A DNA stretch of 63,700 bases, counting the filler, from Bacteroidales bacterium (GTDB taxonomy: Bacteria; Bacteroidota; Bacteroidia; Bacteroidales; CAIWKO01): the NCBI GenBank assembly GCA_035389045.1. It is 3 parts of 3 records of this genome, joined end to end, with 100 filler letters (N's around TTAATTAATTAA, not from the genome) between each part and the next. Parts side by side here need not be neighbours in the genome. Positions count along the whole stretch, not along the records: positions 46,376 to 63,700 come from DAOORA010000080.1; 2 more parts are not named here. One strand, given 5' to 3'. Below are positions 49,785 through 60,615 of this stretch, in pieces. Position 1 is the first letter of the stretch; every line of letters starts with the position of its first letter. Below the pieces are notes generated by a model. It was not told the DNA's origin and made no database searches. It was given only the letters and a program-made list of their open reading frames with translations. Position numbers and translations under genes: made by a program.

Positions 49785-50006
49785 CGTATAATGCGCTGAT
49801 AAAACATTTTTTGTTATAAATATTTACAGACAATCAAAAAAAATATTGAAAAAGTATATTATTTCACAAGATTTTCGCCACTAAATGATTGAAAATTAGA
49901 GCAATGGTGAGTTTTAAGAAAAATAATAAAAAATGTTCTTTTATTGGTATTAAATAATTATTTAAATTAGCACGGTTATTAATTCAGGGTTTAATATAAT
50001 TTAATT

Positions 50007-52526
50007 ATGAGTAAGAAAATATATTTTTTAGGAATTGCAGTATTTTTATTGTTCGTTCTGGCACAAAGTTCTCCTGCTTTTTCACAGCGTAATTATTCAT
50101 CAGATGCCGATCAGGCTTACGAGTTGGAACAATACTCTGTAGCCATCGATTTGTATAAACAAGCTTACAACAAAATAAAAGGGAATAAACCCGAAAAAGC
50201 ACGTGTTTTGTTTCGGCTTGCAGAATGTTATCGCCTCACCAACAATCAGAAACAAGCGATAAACTGGTATAGCAGGGTTGTAAAATCCAATTATCCCGAT
50301 CCGGTTGCACATTTATATCTTGCTGATGCGTTAAAAGCTGATGAGCAATATGCCGAGGCAATCATTGAATACAAAGAATACAGTAAACTGGCGCCTGCTG
50401 ATCCCCGCGGAAATCATGGCGTGGAATCCTGTGAGTATTCAATTAAATGGAAAGAAGATCCCACCCGTTATGTAGTCGAAAATGTAAAAAAGTTCAACAC
50501 CAAACAATCTGATTTTGCACCCTACTGGGCCGACAAGAATTTTAAAGCCTTGTTATTTACCTCCACCCGTGAAGGATCTATGGGAAAATCTGTGGATGGA
50601 TGGACAAACCAGAGTTTTTCTGATATTTATGTTACTACCCTCGATAAAAAAGGCGCCTGGAGTGAACCCTTACCCGCCGATGAAAATATCAATACTGAAT
50701 TTAACGAAGGAACACCCTGGCTGAACAATAAAGCCAATGTGATTTATTTTACGCGCTGTCCGATCGTGAAGAAAGAAAAAATGGGTTGCCAGATCTATTT
50801 TTCTAAAAAACAGGGCCGCGGCTGGGCGCCTCCTGATACATTAAAACTTAGCACTGATCTAAGCCTGCATATGGGGCATCCCGCGCTGAGCGATGATGAA
50901 CTTACCATTTATTTTTCTGCTGAAATGCCCGGAGGATATGGTGGAAAAGATATATGGGTGGCTAAGCGTACCAAAAAAACAAAACCTTTTGATAAAGCTC
51001 TGAACCTGGGCCCGGAAATCAACACCGCTGGCAATGAAATGTTCCCCTACCTCAGGGACGATGGTGTCTTGTATTTTTCATCAAACGGCGCAGAACATCT
51101 TGGCCTTGGCGGGCTTGATATTTATAAAACGGAATATCAGAACGGCAAATGGACAAAACCTGAAAACCTGAAATTCCCCCTCAATTCTGCCGGTGATGAT
51201 TTTAGCATTATTTTTAAGGGTAACAAAGAAGAAGGCTTTTTATCGTCAAACCGTAAGGAAGGTAAAGGCTCCGACGATATTTACTATTTTTATCTGCCGC
51301 CATTGGTTTTCACCTTACAGGGTGTGGTGAGGGACGACAGCACCAAACAGATCATTGCCGGTGCGCTTGTTAAACTCGAAGGCTCCGATGGCACTCTTGT
51401 GGAAGATTCAACGGATGCAACAGGTACCTTTCAGTTTGGTAAAACTCAGGTTCGCGAAAATACTTCTTACGAACTGACCGTGTCGAAAGAAAATTTTACC
51501 GGCACTAAAGGACGTGAAACAACGGTGGGGCTGAAAAACAGTAAGGATCTTACCCATGATTTTAATTTGGCTCCTATTCCCAAACAACCACAGGTATTAC
51601 CCGATGTTCTGTATGTTATCGGACAATGGTATCTTACACCTCAGGCAATGGACTCGCTCAACTGGCTGGTGGATATTCTCAACACCAATGAAAGATGGGT
51701 TATTGAATTATCATCCCATACCGATATCCGGCCCATAGCCATGACCAACGACACGCTTTCTCAACGCAGGGCACGTTCTGCCGTTCATTATATTGTTGAT
51801 TCTATGGGGATACATCCGGGAAGAGTTTTTGCCAAAGGTTACGGAGCTAACAGCCCGAGAATCCTTGATCGCGATAAATCCGTTTTTTTAGATCCTGAAA
51901 AATACCCGGCATGCAAGGATAAATCATACTTTTTTCCCAAAGGCACTCAGATCACAGAAGAGTATATCAAATCGCTGAAGACTACCTGTGAAAAAGAAGC
52001 TGCACACCAGCTCAACAGAAGAACTGAGTTCACCGTACTCCGCGAAGATTTTATTCCTCCGGCATCCAACGATTCCAATGCTGCAAATGTGGTCATCGAG
52101 GTTAACCCTATGGATAATGTACTTACCATTTTACCCAGCGGAAGCGGCACCTTTGAAGGGCGATGCATTGTAAACGGTATTTCAACTGATTTTAAATATG
52201 ATGCTGCTGAGGAAGGCATGCAGATTTCCGATAAGCTGATCATGAGGTTGCTCACCGAATACCGTGTCACCAAATCTGATTTTAAAGATAAAGACAAAGC
52301 CTTCAATGAAGATGGTTCCATAAAGGATAATTCTGTTGTCACCCTGAAAAAGATGACTATTGCCAAAAAGTCACAGGACTTCCTTACTGCTACTGTTGTG
52401 AAAAACCTGAGTCCGGATATTACCCTTGGATCCAAAGTTCTTTCAAAATTTGGCGAGTATTATATTGATGATGAAAAGAAACAGCTTATTTTCGGAACAG
52501 CTCCTAATGTCCCTGAAAATAAGTAG
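50007..52526 (+). CDS. PorE-like OmpA-family protein (TPR, PD40 propeller, carboxypeptidase-regulatory-like, OmpA_C) with C-terminal retropepsin-like extension
   Basis: TPR helices; 'GG.D(I/L)' PD40 repeats; 'IELSSHTD…N..LSQRRA…GYG…NRRTEF'; about 135 extra C-terminal aa. Confidence 0.85.
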   Translation: MSKKIYFLGIAVFLLFVLAQSSPAFSQRNYSSDADQAYELEQYSVAIDLYKQAYNKIKGNKPEKARVLFRLAECYRLTNNQKQAINWYSRVVKSNYPDPVAHLYLADALKADEQYAEAIIEYKEYSKLAPADPRGNHGVESCEYSIKWKEDPTRYVVENVKKFNTKQSDFAPYWADKNFKALLFTSTREGSMGKSVDGWTNQSFSDIYVTTLDKKGAWSEPLPADENINTEFNEGTPWLNNKANVIYFTRCPIVKKEKMGCQIYFSKKQGRGWAPPDTLKLSTDLSLHMGHPALSDDELTIYFSAEMPGGYGGKDIWVAKRTKKTKPFDKALNLGPEINTAGNEMFPYLRDDGVLYFSSNGAEHLGLGGLDIYKTEYQNGKWTKPENLKFPLNSAGDDFSIIFKGNKEEGFLSSNRKEGKGSDDIYYFYLPPLVFTLQGVVRDDSTKQIIAGALVKLEGSDGTLVEDSTDATGTFQFGKTQVRENTSYELTVSKENFTGTKGRETTVGLKNSKDLTHDFNLAPIPKQPQVLPDVLYVIGQWYLTPQAMDSLNWLVDILNTNERWVIELSSHTDIRPIAMTNDTLSQRRARSAVHYIVDSMGIHPGRVFAKGYGANSPRILDRDKSVFLDPEKYPACKDKSYFFPKGTQITEEYIKSLKTTCEKEAAHQLNRRTEFTVLREDFIPPASNDSNAANVVIEVNPMDNVLTILPSGSGTFEGRCIVNGISTDFKYDAAEEGMQISDKLIMRLLTEYRVTKSDFKDKDKAFNEDGSIKDNSVVTLKKMTIAKKSQDFLTATVVKNLSPDITLGSKVLSKFGEYYIDDEKKQLIFGTAPNVPENK

Positions 52527-52541
52527 TTTATAAAAAATTTT

Positions 52542-52578
52542 AAAAAAGCGTCCCGATAGCTATCGGGATGCTTTTTTT
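52542..52578 (+). terminator. Intrinsic terminator whose hairpin core is the dispersed palindrome TCCCGATAGCTATCGGGA
   Basis: AAAAAAGCG-TCCCGATAGCTATCGGGA-TGCTTTTTTT. Confidence 0.7.
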
Positions 52579-52588
52579 GTTGAACGTG

Positions 52589-53755
52589 ATGAGCAACGAT
52601 AAATACAACAAACGCGGAGTTTCAGCATCCAAAGAAGATGTACATAATTCATTAATGAATATTTCTAAAGGTCTTTACCCGCGTTCATTCTGTAAAATCG
52701 TTCCCGATCATTTCACCGATGATGAAGATTATTGTGCTCTTATGCATGCTGATGGGGCAGGTACCAAATCTTCACTCGCATACCTTTACTGGAAAGAAAC
52801 CGGGGATCTGTCGGTATGGAAAGGCATTGCACAGGATGCGATAGTAATGAATACCGATGACCTGCTTTGTGTGGGCGCTACTGAAAACATCCTGTTGTCA
52901 TCGCTTATCGGCAGAAACAAATTTCTTATCCCCGGAGAGGTTATTTCAGAAATCATTAACGGCACCGAAGAGTTTCTTGAAACTTTGCGCAAAAATGGCC
53001 TGACCATATATTCCACCGGGGGTGAAACTGCCGATGTGGGTGATCTGGTCAGGACCATAGCTGTTGATTCTGTGGTGTCATGCCGTATGAGACGCAACGA
53101 GGTCATTACCAATGGAAAAATCTCCCATGGCGACGTCATCGTCGGATTAGCGTCATCGGGGCAGGCAACTTACGAAAATGTATATAACAGTGGTATGGGA
53201 AGCAACGGGCTTACCGCGGCCCGTCACGAAATGCTGAATAAAATCTATTCGGAAAAGTATCCTGAAAGTTTCGATACCGCTGTACCTGAATACCTGGTAT
53301 ATTCAGGAAAATTCCTCCTGACAGACCAGGTGCCGGAAATGCCTGTAAATATTGGCAAAGCTCTATTGTCACCCACACGAACCTATGCACCATTAATTAT
53401 TAAAGTTTTTGAACAATTCAGGAACGGGATACACGGAATGATACATTGCACAGGTGGTGCACAGACCAAGGTGATGAACTTTGTTTCGGGTTTAAACGTG
53501 ATTAAGGACAATATGTTCCCTGTTCCACCGCTGTTCCGGCTGATCCAGAGACAGGCAGCCTACGAATGGAAAGAAATGTACAAAGTCTTTAATATGGGAC
53601 ACCGCATGGAGTTGTATACCAACGAAAAAACAGCCTTGCAGATCATTCAATTATCAAAGGAATTTAATATTTGTGCACAGATTGTCGGCCATTGTGAATC
53701 GTCACCGCAATCTTTCCTGACCATCAAGTCAGAATTTGGTTGTTTTACTTATTAA
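52589..53755 (+). CDS. purM: Phosphoribosylformylglycinamidine cyclo-ligase (AIR synthase, Bacteroidota type)
   Basis: 'HADGAGTKS', 'GGETAD', 'SNG', 'HCTGG', 'VFNMG'; ATG 52589 preferred because 52568 lies in the terminator hairpin. Confidence 0.9.
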   Translation: MSNDKYNKRGVSASKEDVHNSLMNISKGLYPRSFCKIVPDHFTDDEDYCALMHADGAGTKSSLAYLYWKETGDLSVWKGIAQDAIVMNTDDLLCVGATENILLSSLIGRNKFLIPGEVISEIINGTEEFLETLRKNGLTIYSTGGETADVGDLVRTIAVDSVVSCRMRRNEVITNGKISHGDVIVGLASSGQATYENVYNSGMGSNGLTAARHEMLNKIYSEKYPESFDTAVPEYLVYSGKFLLTDQVPEMPVNIGKALLSPTRTYAPLIIKVFEQFRNGIHGMIHCTGGAQTKVMNFVSGLNVIKDNMFPVPPLFRLIQRQAAYEWKEMYKVFNMGHRMELYTNEKTALQIIQLSKEFNICAQIVGHCESSPQSFLTIKSEFGCFTY

Positions 53756-53793
53756 CTCCTGTATTTATATTAATTTTGTAAAAAACTATTGTT

Positions 53794-54867
53794 ATGCTTG
53801 ACAAACTCAAGGCTATAAACGAACGCTGGGAAGAGATCGGAAGGTTGATGAATGAGCCTGACGCCATGAATGATGTAAAGAGATTTATCAAATTAAGCAA
53901 GGACTACAAGGAGCTTACGCCGATCATTGAAGCGTATAAAAGGTATGATACGATCATTAATCATATAGCTTCTGCCCGTGATATGCTTTATAATGAAAAG
54001 GACGAGGAAATGAAAGCGCTGGCCAAAGAAGAAGTGGAACTGCTCACTGCAGAAAAGGAAAAACTCGAGGAAGATATTCGTGTTATGCTTATCCCTGCCG
54101 ATCCGCAAGATAGTAAAAATGCCATAGTCGAGATTCGTGCAGGTACCGGAGGCGATGAGGCATCAATTTTTGCGGGCGATCTTTATCGTATGTATGTCAG
54201 ATATGCCGAGATCAAAGGATGGAAGACAGAACTGGTAGATATGACCGAAGGTACGGTAGGAGGTTATAAAGAAATCATTTTCAATATTAATGGTGAAAAT
54301 GTTTACGGACAGATGAAATACGAATCGGGGGTGCATCGTGTACAGCGGGTCCCAAAAACAGAAGCACAGGGAAGGGTTCATACATCTGCGGCCTCCGTGG
54401 TGGTGTTGCCCGAAGCCGATGAGTTTGATGTGGAACTGAAGGATGCCGATATCCGCAGAGATACTTACTGCTCTTCCGGCCCCGGAGGACAATCTGTAAA
54501 CACCACCTATTCGGCGGTGAGGCTGACACACATTCCGACCGGTATTGTTGTTACCTGCCAGGATCAGAAATCTCAGGTGAAAAACCTCGAAAAAGCTATG
54601 TCGGTCCTCCGTAGCCGTATTTATGAAATCGAATATCAGAAATATCTGGACGATATATCTTCAAAACGTAAAACCATGGTGTCTACGGGCGATCGTTCTG
54701 CGAAAATACGCACCTATAACTATCCGCAGAGCCGCGTGACCGACCACCGTATTCATCTTACGCTCTATAACCTGTCCTCTATAATGGAGGGTAATGGCGT
54801 GCAGGAACTGATCGACGCCTTACAACTGGCCGAAAATGCGGAACGGCTCAAAGCGGCAGGTGAATAG
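53794..54867 (+). CDS. prfA: Peptide chain release factor 1
   Basis: 'GGQ' motif, 'VP(K)T' RF1 specificity loop, 'RTYNYPQ'. Confidence 0.97.
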   Translation: MLDKLKAINERWEEIGRLMNEPDAMNDVKRFIKLSKDYKELTPIIEAYKRYDTIINHIASARDMLYNEKDEEMKALAKEEVELLTAEKEKLEEDIRVMLIPADPQDSKNAIVEIRAGTGGDEASIFAGDLYRMYVRYAEIKGWKTELVDMTEGTVGGYKEIIFNINGENVYGQMKYESGVHRVQRVPKTEAQGRVHTSAASVVVLPEADEFDVELKDADIRRDTYCSSGPGGQSVNTTYSAVRLTHIPTGIVVTCQDQKSQVKNLEKAMSVLRSRIYEIEYQKYLDDISSKRKTMVSTGDRSAKIRTYNYPQSRVTDHRIHLTLYNLSSIMEGNGVQELIDALQLAENAERLKAAGE

Positions 54868-54882
54868 TTTAAACCAAAATAT

Positions 54883-55731
54883 ATGAACCGGAAGGAATTA
54901 ATCAGCACTATTAAAAAAAAGAAATCTTTTCTTTGCGTAGGCCTTGATACCGAGATGAGTAAGATTCCAAGGCATTTGCTTGATACAGAGGATCCTGTTT
55001 TTGAGTTTAATAAAAGTATCATCAGTGCTACAATTGATTATGCTGTTGCCTATAAACCCAATATCGCTTTTTATGAATCATTGGGAATTCCGGGATGGAT
55101 CAGTTTGCAAAAAACGATTAATTTTCTGGAACCATACCGCAACGAAGTATTTTTAATTGCAGATGCCAAACGCGGCGATATTGGCAATACTTCAGCTCAA
55201 TATGCAAAAACATATTTTGATAAAAAAGTTTCCGGTTTTGATTTTAATGCTGTTACGGTTGCACCTTACATGGGCATCGATTCTGTCAGTCCGTTTCTTG
55301 AGTACCCTAATAAATGGGTAATCCTGCTGGCTCTGACCTCCAACAAAGGAGCATCTGATTTTCAGTTTTTAAAGATCAGCGGACCGGAAGAGAAATTGCT
55401 GTTTCAGAAAGTACTTGAAACATCTTCAAAATGGGGTACGGCTGAAAACATGATGTTTGTAGTTGGTGCTACACAAGCTGAAATGCTTGGGCATATCCGA
55501 AAAATTGTACCCGACCATTTTCTCCTTGTCCCGGGTGTGGGAGCGCAGGGAGGCAGCCTTGAGCAGGTAGCCACCTTTGGAATGAACAGCAACTGCGGAT
55601 TGCTTGTCAATGCATCCCGGAGTATTTTATATGCATCCGCGGAAAAGGATTTTGCTCTGAAAGCACACGAAGAGGCCAGAAATCTTAAAGAGGAAATGGA
55701 AGTTCAGCTCAGAAAATTCCATGTGATATAA
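54883..55731 (+). CDS. pyrF: Orotidine-5'-phosphate decarboxylase
   Basis: 'LCVGLD', '[10 protein letters not shown]', 'PGVGAQGG', 'SRSI'. Confidence 0.95.
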   Translation: MNRKELISTIKKKKSFLCVGLDTEMSKIPRHLLDTEDPVFEFNKSIISATIDYAVAYKPNIAFYESLGIPGWISLQKTINFLEPYRNEVFLIADAKRGDIGNTSAQYAKTYFDKKVSGFDFNAVTVAPYMGIDSVSPFLEYPNKWVILLALTSNKGASDFQFLKISGPEEKLLFQKVLETSSKWGTAENMMFVVGATQAEMLGHIRKIVPDHFLLVPGVGAQGGSLEQVATFGMNSNCGLLVNASRSILYASAEKDFALKAHEEARNLKEEMEVQLRKFHVI

Positions 55732-55778
55732 AATGACTTTGCAGATGCTTCCGTGTAAATGTTTGAACGATAAGGAAT

Positions 55779-55806
55779 AAAAAAAGCTCTTTAAAGAGCT
55801 TTTTTT
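55779..55806. terminator. Bidirectional intrinsic terminator between pyrF and ilvE
   Basis: A7-GCTCTT-T-AAAGAGC-T7 between convergent genes. Confidence 0.8.
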
Positions 55807-55819
55807 ATTTGGAGATCAT

Positions 55820-56839
55820 TTATTCGATGATATGTATCCATCCGAATTTATCGGGTTCTTCGCCGTATTGAATAGCTCGCAGCCTGTTGTATAGTTTGGT
55901 GGAAACCGGGCCGGCATTGCCATCCTTACAGTATTCATATACGGTGCCGTTGTCACGGTCCTGTATCTTTTTAAGCGGTGAAATAACCGCCGCCGTGCCG
56001 CAGGCGCCCACTTCGTCAAACTCGCTGAGCTCGGTCACCGGAACAGGCCTTTGCTCTACTTTCATTCCCATGTCTTCAGCAAGTGTCCTGAGACTCATAT
56101 TGGTGATGGATGGCAGAATTGATGAAGATTCCGGGGTGACATAGGTATTGCCTTTTATACCAAAGAAATTTGCAGGGCCGGCTTCGTCAATGTATTTCTT
56201 TTCTTTGGCGTCAAGGAATAAGGCTGTGGAGTATCCTTCGTCATGTGCCCGCATACCGGCCACGAGACTGGCTGCATAGTTGCCTCCTACTTTAATGGTG
56301 CCGGTTCCCAATGGTGCCGCACGGTCATAATCTCTGATGATCTGTGCTGTAACAGGTTTAAACCCTTCTTTAAAATAAGGCCCGACAGGCGTGACGAAAA
56401 TCAGGAACATATATTCATCGGCAGGAGAAACTCCTACTTTTGGCCCGCTGCCAATAAGCAAGGGCCTGATATACAGGGATGAACCTGTTTCGTGTGGGGG
56501 AACATAGGCCTTGTTGAGTTTTATCACCGTTTCCATGGCTTCTTTGAACAAGTCAAGAGGAACAGGTTGCATTAATATGCCTGCTGCAGAACGTTGCATT
56601 CTTTTTGCATTTTCTTCCCAGCGGAATACGCGTATTTTGCCATCTTTGCAGCCAAAGGCTTTCATTCCTTCAAAGGCTTCCTGACCATAATGAAGGCAGG
56701 TTGCTGCCATATGTATGTTCATATATTCCCAAGATGAAATCTCCAGCTTGCCCCATGCGCCATTACGATAGTAACAGCGTACATTGTAGTCTGTTTTCAC
56801 ATACCCGAAGGGTAGGTTTTTCCATTCAATATTTAACAT
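55820..56839 (-). CDS. ilvE: Branched-chain amino acid aminotransferase
   Basis: 'LHYGQEAFEG.KA', 'LYIRP', 'K.GGNY', 'ILPSIT', 'CGTAAVI'. Confidence 0.95.
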   Translation of the reverse strand: MLNIEWKNLPFGYVKTDYNVRCYYRNGAWGKLEISSWEYMNIHMAATCLHYGQEAFEGMKAFGCKDGKIRVFRWEENAKRMQRSAAGILMQPVPLDLFKEAMETVIKLNKAYVPPHETGSSLYIRPLLIGSGPKVGVSPADEYMFLIFVTPVGPYFKEGFKPVTAQIIRDYDRAAPLGTGTIKVGGNYAASLVAGMRAHDEGYSTALFLDAKEKKYIDEAGPANFFGIKGNTYVTPESSSILPSITNMSLRTLAEDMGMKVEQRPVPVTELSEFDEVGACGTAAVISPLKKIQDRDNGTVYEYCKDGNAGPVSTKLYNRLRAIQYGEEPDKFGWIHIIE

Positions 56840-56958
56840 AAGCTTTGTTTTTAATTCGTGAATAAAGCGTGCTAATTTAGAAATTTATTTAAAGCAAAAA
56901 GCATTATAAAGAAATTTATTTTAATGATGAAAATAAGAATATCCAGTGATAAAGCCGA

Positions 56959-57475
56959 TAAAAAAAAGCTGCTTTGAAAAGTCAAATTTTGTGTCCACAT
57001 AGTTTTAGTAAGCTTACCGTGTACTTAATGTCCCTTTATGGTTTTATTTCTTATTTGAAGTTTCGCATAAAAAAATAAATTGATAAATACCAATCATTAG
57101 TGGATTGTAAAGAGATTAACACTATGGGAAACAACTTTTTTACATATAGTCAAAAAGAACAAAACTACGGTCAGTCAGAGCAGATTCTCCTTTGTGCGCC
57201 TTAGTGCAAACACTTTGTGCGCCTTAGTGGTAAAAAAACTTAACCACGAAGTCGCACGAAGGAAATTCACAAAGGGACACGAAGGAAGAAATAAATTAAA
57301 CATCAAGAAAATGGTTCGTATCAACCCTCATTGCCGCGCTGTGTCCGCGTGACATAAAAAAATCATGCGAAACTTTATTTCTTATAATTACCACAAAGGG
57401 ACACAAGGCCTGCCTGACGGCGAGGCAGGTGCTTTACAAAAGCGCGTAAAGAACTTATGGGACAGCCTTTTTTTT
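56959..57475. repeat. Intergenic patchwork of short direct and inverted repeats
   Basis: CTTTGTGCGCCTTAGTG x2 (57190, 57213); inverted-type CAC(G/A)AAG…CAC(G/A)AG units (about 57244, 57268, 57391); hairpin CCTGCCTGACGGCGAGGCAGG (57409-57429). Confidence 0.75.
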
Positions 57476-59123
57476 ACAACATATTTTTTATATCTTCATC
57501 CGGATTTGTAATACCGCCGATGTTGAAATTTTCGACCAGCACTTTTGTTACATTCGGAGACAAAAATGCGGGTAGGGTAGGGCCTAAATGTATATTTTTT
57601 ACCCCGAGAAATAAAAGCGCCAGTAACACGATTACAGCTTTTTGTTCGTACCAGGCTATGTTGTATACAATAGGAAGCTCGTTGATGTCTTTGAGTTGAA
57701 ATACCTCTTTTAATTTCAAAGCGATCACTGCCAGTGAATAGGAATCATTGCATTGTCCGGCATCCAGCACCCGTGGTATACCGTTGATGTCGCCAAGAGG
57801 TAATTTGTTGTAGCGGTATTTTGCACAGCCTGCTGTGAGTATAACAGTATCCTGTGGCAGTCTTTGAGCAAACCGGGTATAATAGTCACGGTCTTTCATC
57901 CTGCCGTCACAACCTGCCATAACGATGAATTTCCTGATGGCGCCGCTTTTAACGGCCTCTACTACCTTATCAGCAAGAGCCAGCACCTGGTCGTGGGCAA
58001 AACCGCCGATGATCTCGCCTGTCTCAATCTGTGTGGGAGGTGGACATTTTTTTGCATGTTCAATGATTTCTGAAAAATCCTTTTTGCCTGTAATTTCACG
58101 GTCGGGAATATGTTTGAATCCGGTGAATCCCGCAGCACCTGTAGTATATACCTTGTCGCTGTATGATGCATTGGCATGTTGCGGAACCAGGCAGTTAGTG
58201 GTAAAAAGTATCGGGCCATTAAAGGTCTCAAACTCTTCACGTTGTTTCCACCAGGCATTTCCATAATTCCCGGCGAAACTCTGATATTTTTTGAAGAAGG
58301 GATAGTAATGCGCCGGCAGCATTTCGCTATGCGTATATACATCTACACCGCTGCCTTCGGTCTGATCGAGCAGGTCCTCAAGATCGCGCAGGTCGTGGCC
58401 GCTGATGAGGATACCGGGATTATTGCGTACACCAATATCAACTGTGGTGATTTCAGGAGTGCCGTACCGTGAAGTGTTGGCTCCATCCAGCAACGCCATC
58501 ACTTCAACGCCATTCTTACCACATTCCAGCACCAGCGAAACCAGATATGCGGCATCAAGATCATTGCGTGTGATCTCGGCCAGCGCATGCTGAATGAAGG
58601 CATGAACACCTTCATTTTCAAAACCCAGGTTGGAGGCATGTTCGGCATAAGCAGCCATTCCTTTAACACCAAAAAGAAGCAGATGTACCAGTGAACGGAT
58701 ATCTTCATCCTGATAGGATAAAGTACCCACAGATTTAGCTTTTTCATCAAATTCTTCAGGCGAACTGCCCGACCATGAAGCAGCGTCGTGTTGAATGGCT
58801 GAAATATCTATACCTTTGGAGATACAAATGTTTTTTATTTGCTCGCGCCATTCAAGTGCTTTTCGTATTCTTTCATAAAAAGCAAATTTATCGAAATTGG
58901 CATTGGTAATGGTGGTAAACAGACTTTCGATAACAAACCTGTCGAGTTTATTGTCGGTATAGCCGGTTTTGCGTGCCGCTGTGCTATATAACGAAATCCC
59001 TTTCAGGACGTGAATAAGCAAATCCTGCACATTGGACACATCTTCTTTTTTTCCGCATACGCCTGCGATGGTACAACCAAATCCTTTGGCTGTTTCCTGA
59101 CATTGATAACAAAACATACTCAT
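57474..59123 (-). CDS. hcp: Hybrid cluster protein (hydroxylamine reductase)
   Basis: 'MFCYQCQE…GCT..GVCGK', 'SGHDL', 'THSEMLP', 'GCDG', 'GQCND', 'WYEQKA'. Confidence 0.97.
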   Translation of the reverse strand: MSMFCYQCQETAKGFGCTIAGVCGKKEDVSNVQDLLIHVLKGISLYSTAARKTGYTDNKLDRFVIESLFTTITNANFDKFAFYERIRKALEWREQIKNICISKGIDISAIQHDAASWSGSSPEEFDEKAKSVGTLSYQDEDIRSLVHLLLFGVKGMAAYAEHASNLGFENEGVHAFIQHALAEITRNDLDAAYLVSLVLECGKNGVEVMALLDGANTSRYGTPEITTVDIGVRNNPGILISGHDLRDLEDLLDQTEGSGVDVYTHSEMLPAHYYPFFKKYQSFAGNYGNAWWKQREEFETFNGPILFTTNCLVPQHANASYSDKVYTTGAAGFTGFKHIPDREITGKKDFSEIIEHAKKCPPPTQIETGEIIGGFAHDQVLALADKVVEAVKSGAIRKFIVMAGCDGRMKDRDYYTRFAQRLPQDTVILTAGCAKYRYNKLPLGDINGIPRVLDAGQCNDSYSLAVIALKLKEVFQLKDINELPIVYNIAWYEQKAVIVLLALLFLGVKNIHLGPTLPAFLSPNVTKVLVENFNIGGITNPDEDIKNML

Positions 59124-59150
59124 AATTTTATTTTTTTGTAAATATAGTTG

Positions 59151-60017
59151 TTAAATCCATTCTTCCTGTAAAATTTTCCCCTGAATACTTATATAAACCA
59201 CTTTAACAGGCACTTTGCGTGAAGCTTTTTGCACCGCCAGTTTTGTCATATGCAATAATCCTCCGCAACAGGGGACTTCCATCATGACGACAGTAATCGT
59301 ATTTATATTCGAGTCCTCAGCCATCATTTTTATTTTTTCGATATACGATTCAGTATTTGAATCAAGTTTAGGGCAGGCAATGACCACTGTTTTGCCTTTC
59401 ATATAATCGTTGTGAAAATTGCCATAAGAAAAAGCCGTGCAATCAGCGGCGATGACCACATCGGCATTCTTGAAATAGGATGCTGCAGGGTTCACCAGGT
59501 GAAGTTGAACCGGCCAATGGTGCAACTGCGATGTAACAGCTGTTGTCGTGGCATTGGTTTCAGGTTTTTCTGATCTGAAATCCATAATTTTAGAGCCGGG
59601 GCAGCCGCCGCCTTGTTGCTCATGAACATGTTTACTTTTTTGTGTTTCCATTTCAAAATCATTTATTAGTTCCGGATAAATATTATTTTTCTTTAGATAT
59701 TCCACCCCCTGTTTTACATATTCTTTTTCGTTATGATCGCGCAGATGCCGGAGGTGGGCCATGATGGTTCCCTTACCTGATTTACTGATACGTTCTATTA
59801 CCCTGGTTTCGTCGTAGGGTTCGGCTTCACGTTCTTCGAGGGTGATAGCTCCTTCCGGACATTCCCCGATGCAGGCGCCCAAACCGTCGCAAAACAATTC
59901 ACTAACCAGCCGTGCTTTTTCTTCGATGATCTGTAAGGCTCCTTCATGACAGCCGCTTACACATATTCCGCATCCCGTACATTTCTTTTCGTCTATCCTG
60001 ATAATGGTTCTTCTCAT
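59151..60017 (-). CDS. 4Fe-4S dicluster protein commonly linked to hcp
   Basis: 'CTGCGICVSGC', 'CDGLGACIGECP', 'GCPGS', 'WPVQL', 'CPKLD', 'MEVPCC'. Confidence 0.88.
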   Translation of the reverse strand: MRRTIIRIDEKKCTGCGICVSGCHEGALQIIEEKARLVSELFCDGLGACIGECPEGAITLEEREAEPYDETRVIERISKSGKGTIMAHLRHLRDHNEKEYVKQGVEYLKKNNIYPELINDFEMETQKSKHVHEQQGGGCPGSKIMDFRSEKPETNATTTAVTSQLHHWPVQLHLVNPAASYFKNADVVIAADCTAFSYGNFHNDYMKGKTVVIACPKLDSNTESYIEKIKMMAEDSNINTITVVMMEVPCCGGLLHMTKLAVQKASRKVPVKVVYISIQGKILQEEWI

Positions 60018-60195
60018 TTTAATTTGATCTTAATTTTTAAATAGGTATATGAGTACGCAAATGTAAAAATAAAATGTTTAAAAAAACCAAAAATTACTAA
60101 TCTAAATTATAAATATCATATAATCAGAATAATAAGGTGGTAATTTATAGCGGTACTTTTGAAGTGAATTATAAACAAACCACTTCAACAATTGC

Positions 60196-60597
60196 TTAAA
60201 TCAGATCGCTGATTTTTTTATTTTTAAAGTATTCACGGAGTTCACCTGTGATTCTATGGACTATGCCGCCCATCAAACATTCTTCAAAAGGGCAGATATT
60301 ATTGTCGAAAGGGCATTTATTTATTGCCATTTCTCCCTCAAGTGCTTCATATACAGTGAGTAGAGAAATTTCTTCAGGAGCTTTGTTCAGAACAAAACCA
60401 CCGGCAGGACCACGGGTAGATTTTACAAAATTTTCTTTTACCATTCGCTGCATAACTTTGGCTATATGGTTTTTGGAGGCGCCTGTTAGCTCGGATAATT
60501 TTTTCACGTTCATATTATGATTTTTGGAACGCGCAATCAGCACGATAACGTGTATTCCTATCGATGCTGCTTCAGAGAGATTTACAATGTGTGACAT
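60196..60597 (-). CDS. Rrf2 family transcriptional regulator
   Basis: 'S.RGP.GGF.L…EISLL.VYEA.EG' and three Cys (C-P-F…C-P-F..C). Confidence 0.92.
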   Translation of the reverse strand: MSHIVNLSEAASIGIHVIVLIARSKNHNMNVKKLSELTGASKNHIAKVMQRMVKENFVKSTRGPAGGFVLNKAPEEISLLTVYEALEGEMAINKCPFDNNICPFEECLMGGIVHRITGELREYFKNKKISDLI

Positions 60598-60615
60598 GAT
60601 GAATTTTGTATATTA

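Noticed and set aside
42820..52526. porP-like and porE-like genes forming one T9SS locus
   Set aside because: Separated by the linker at 46276-46375
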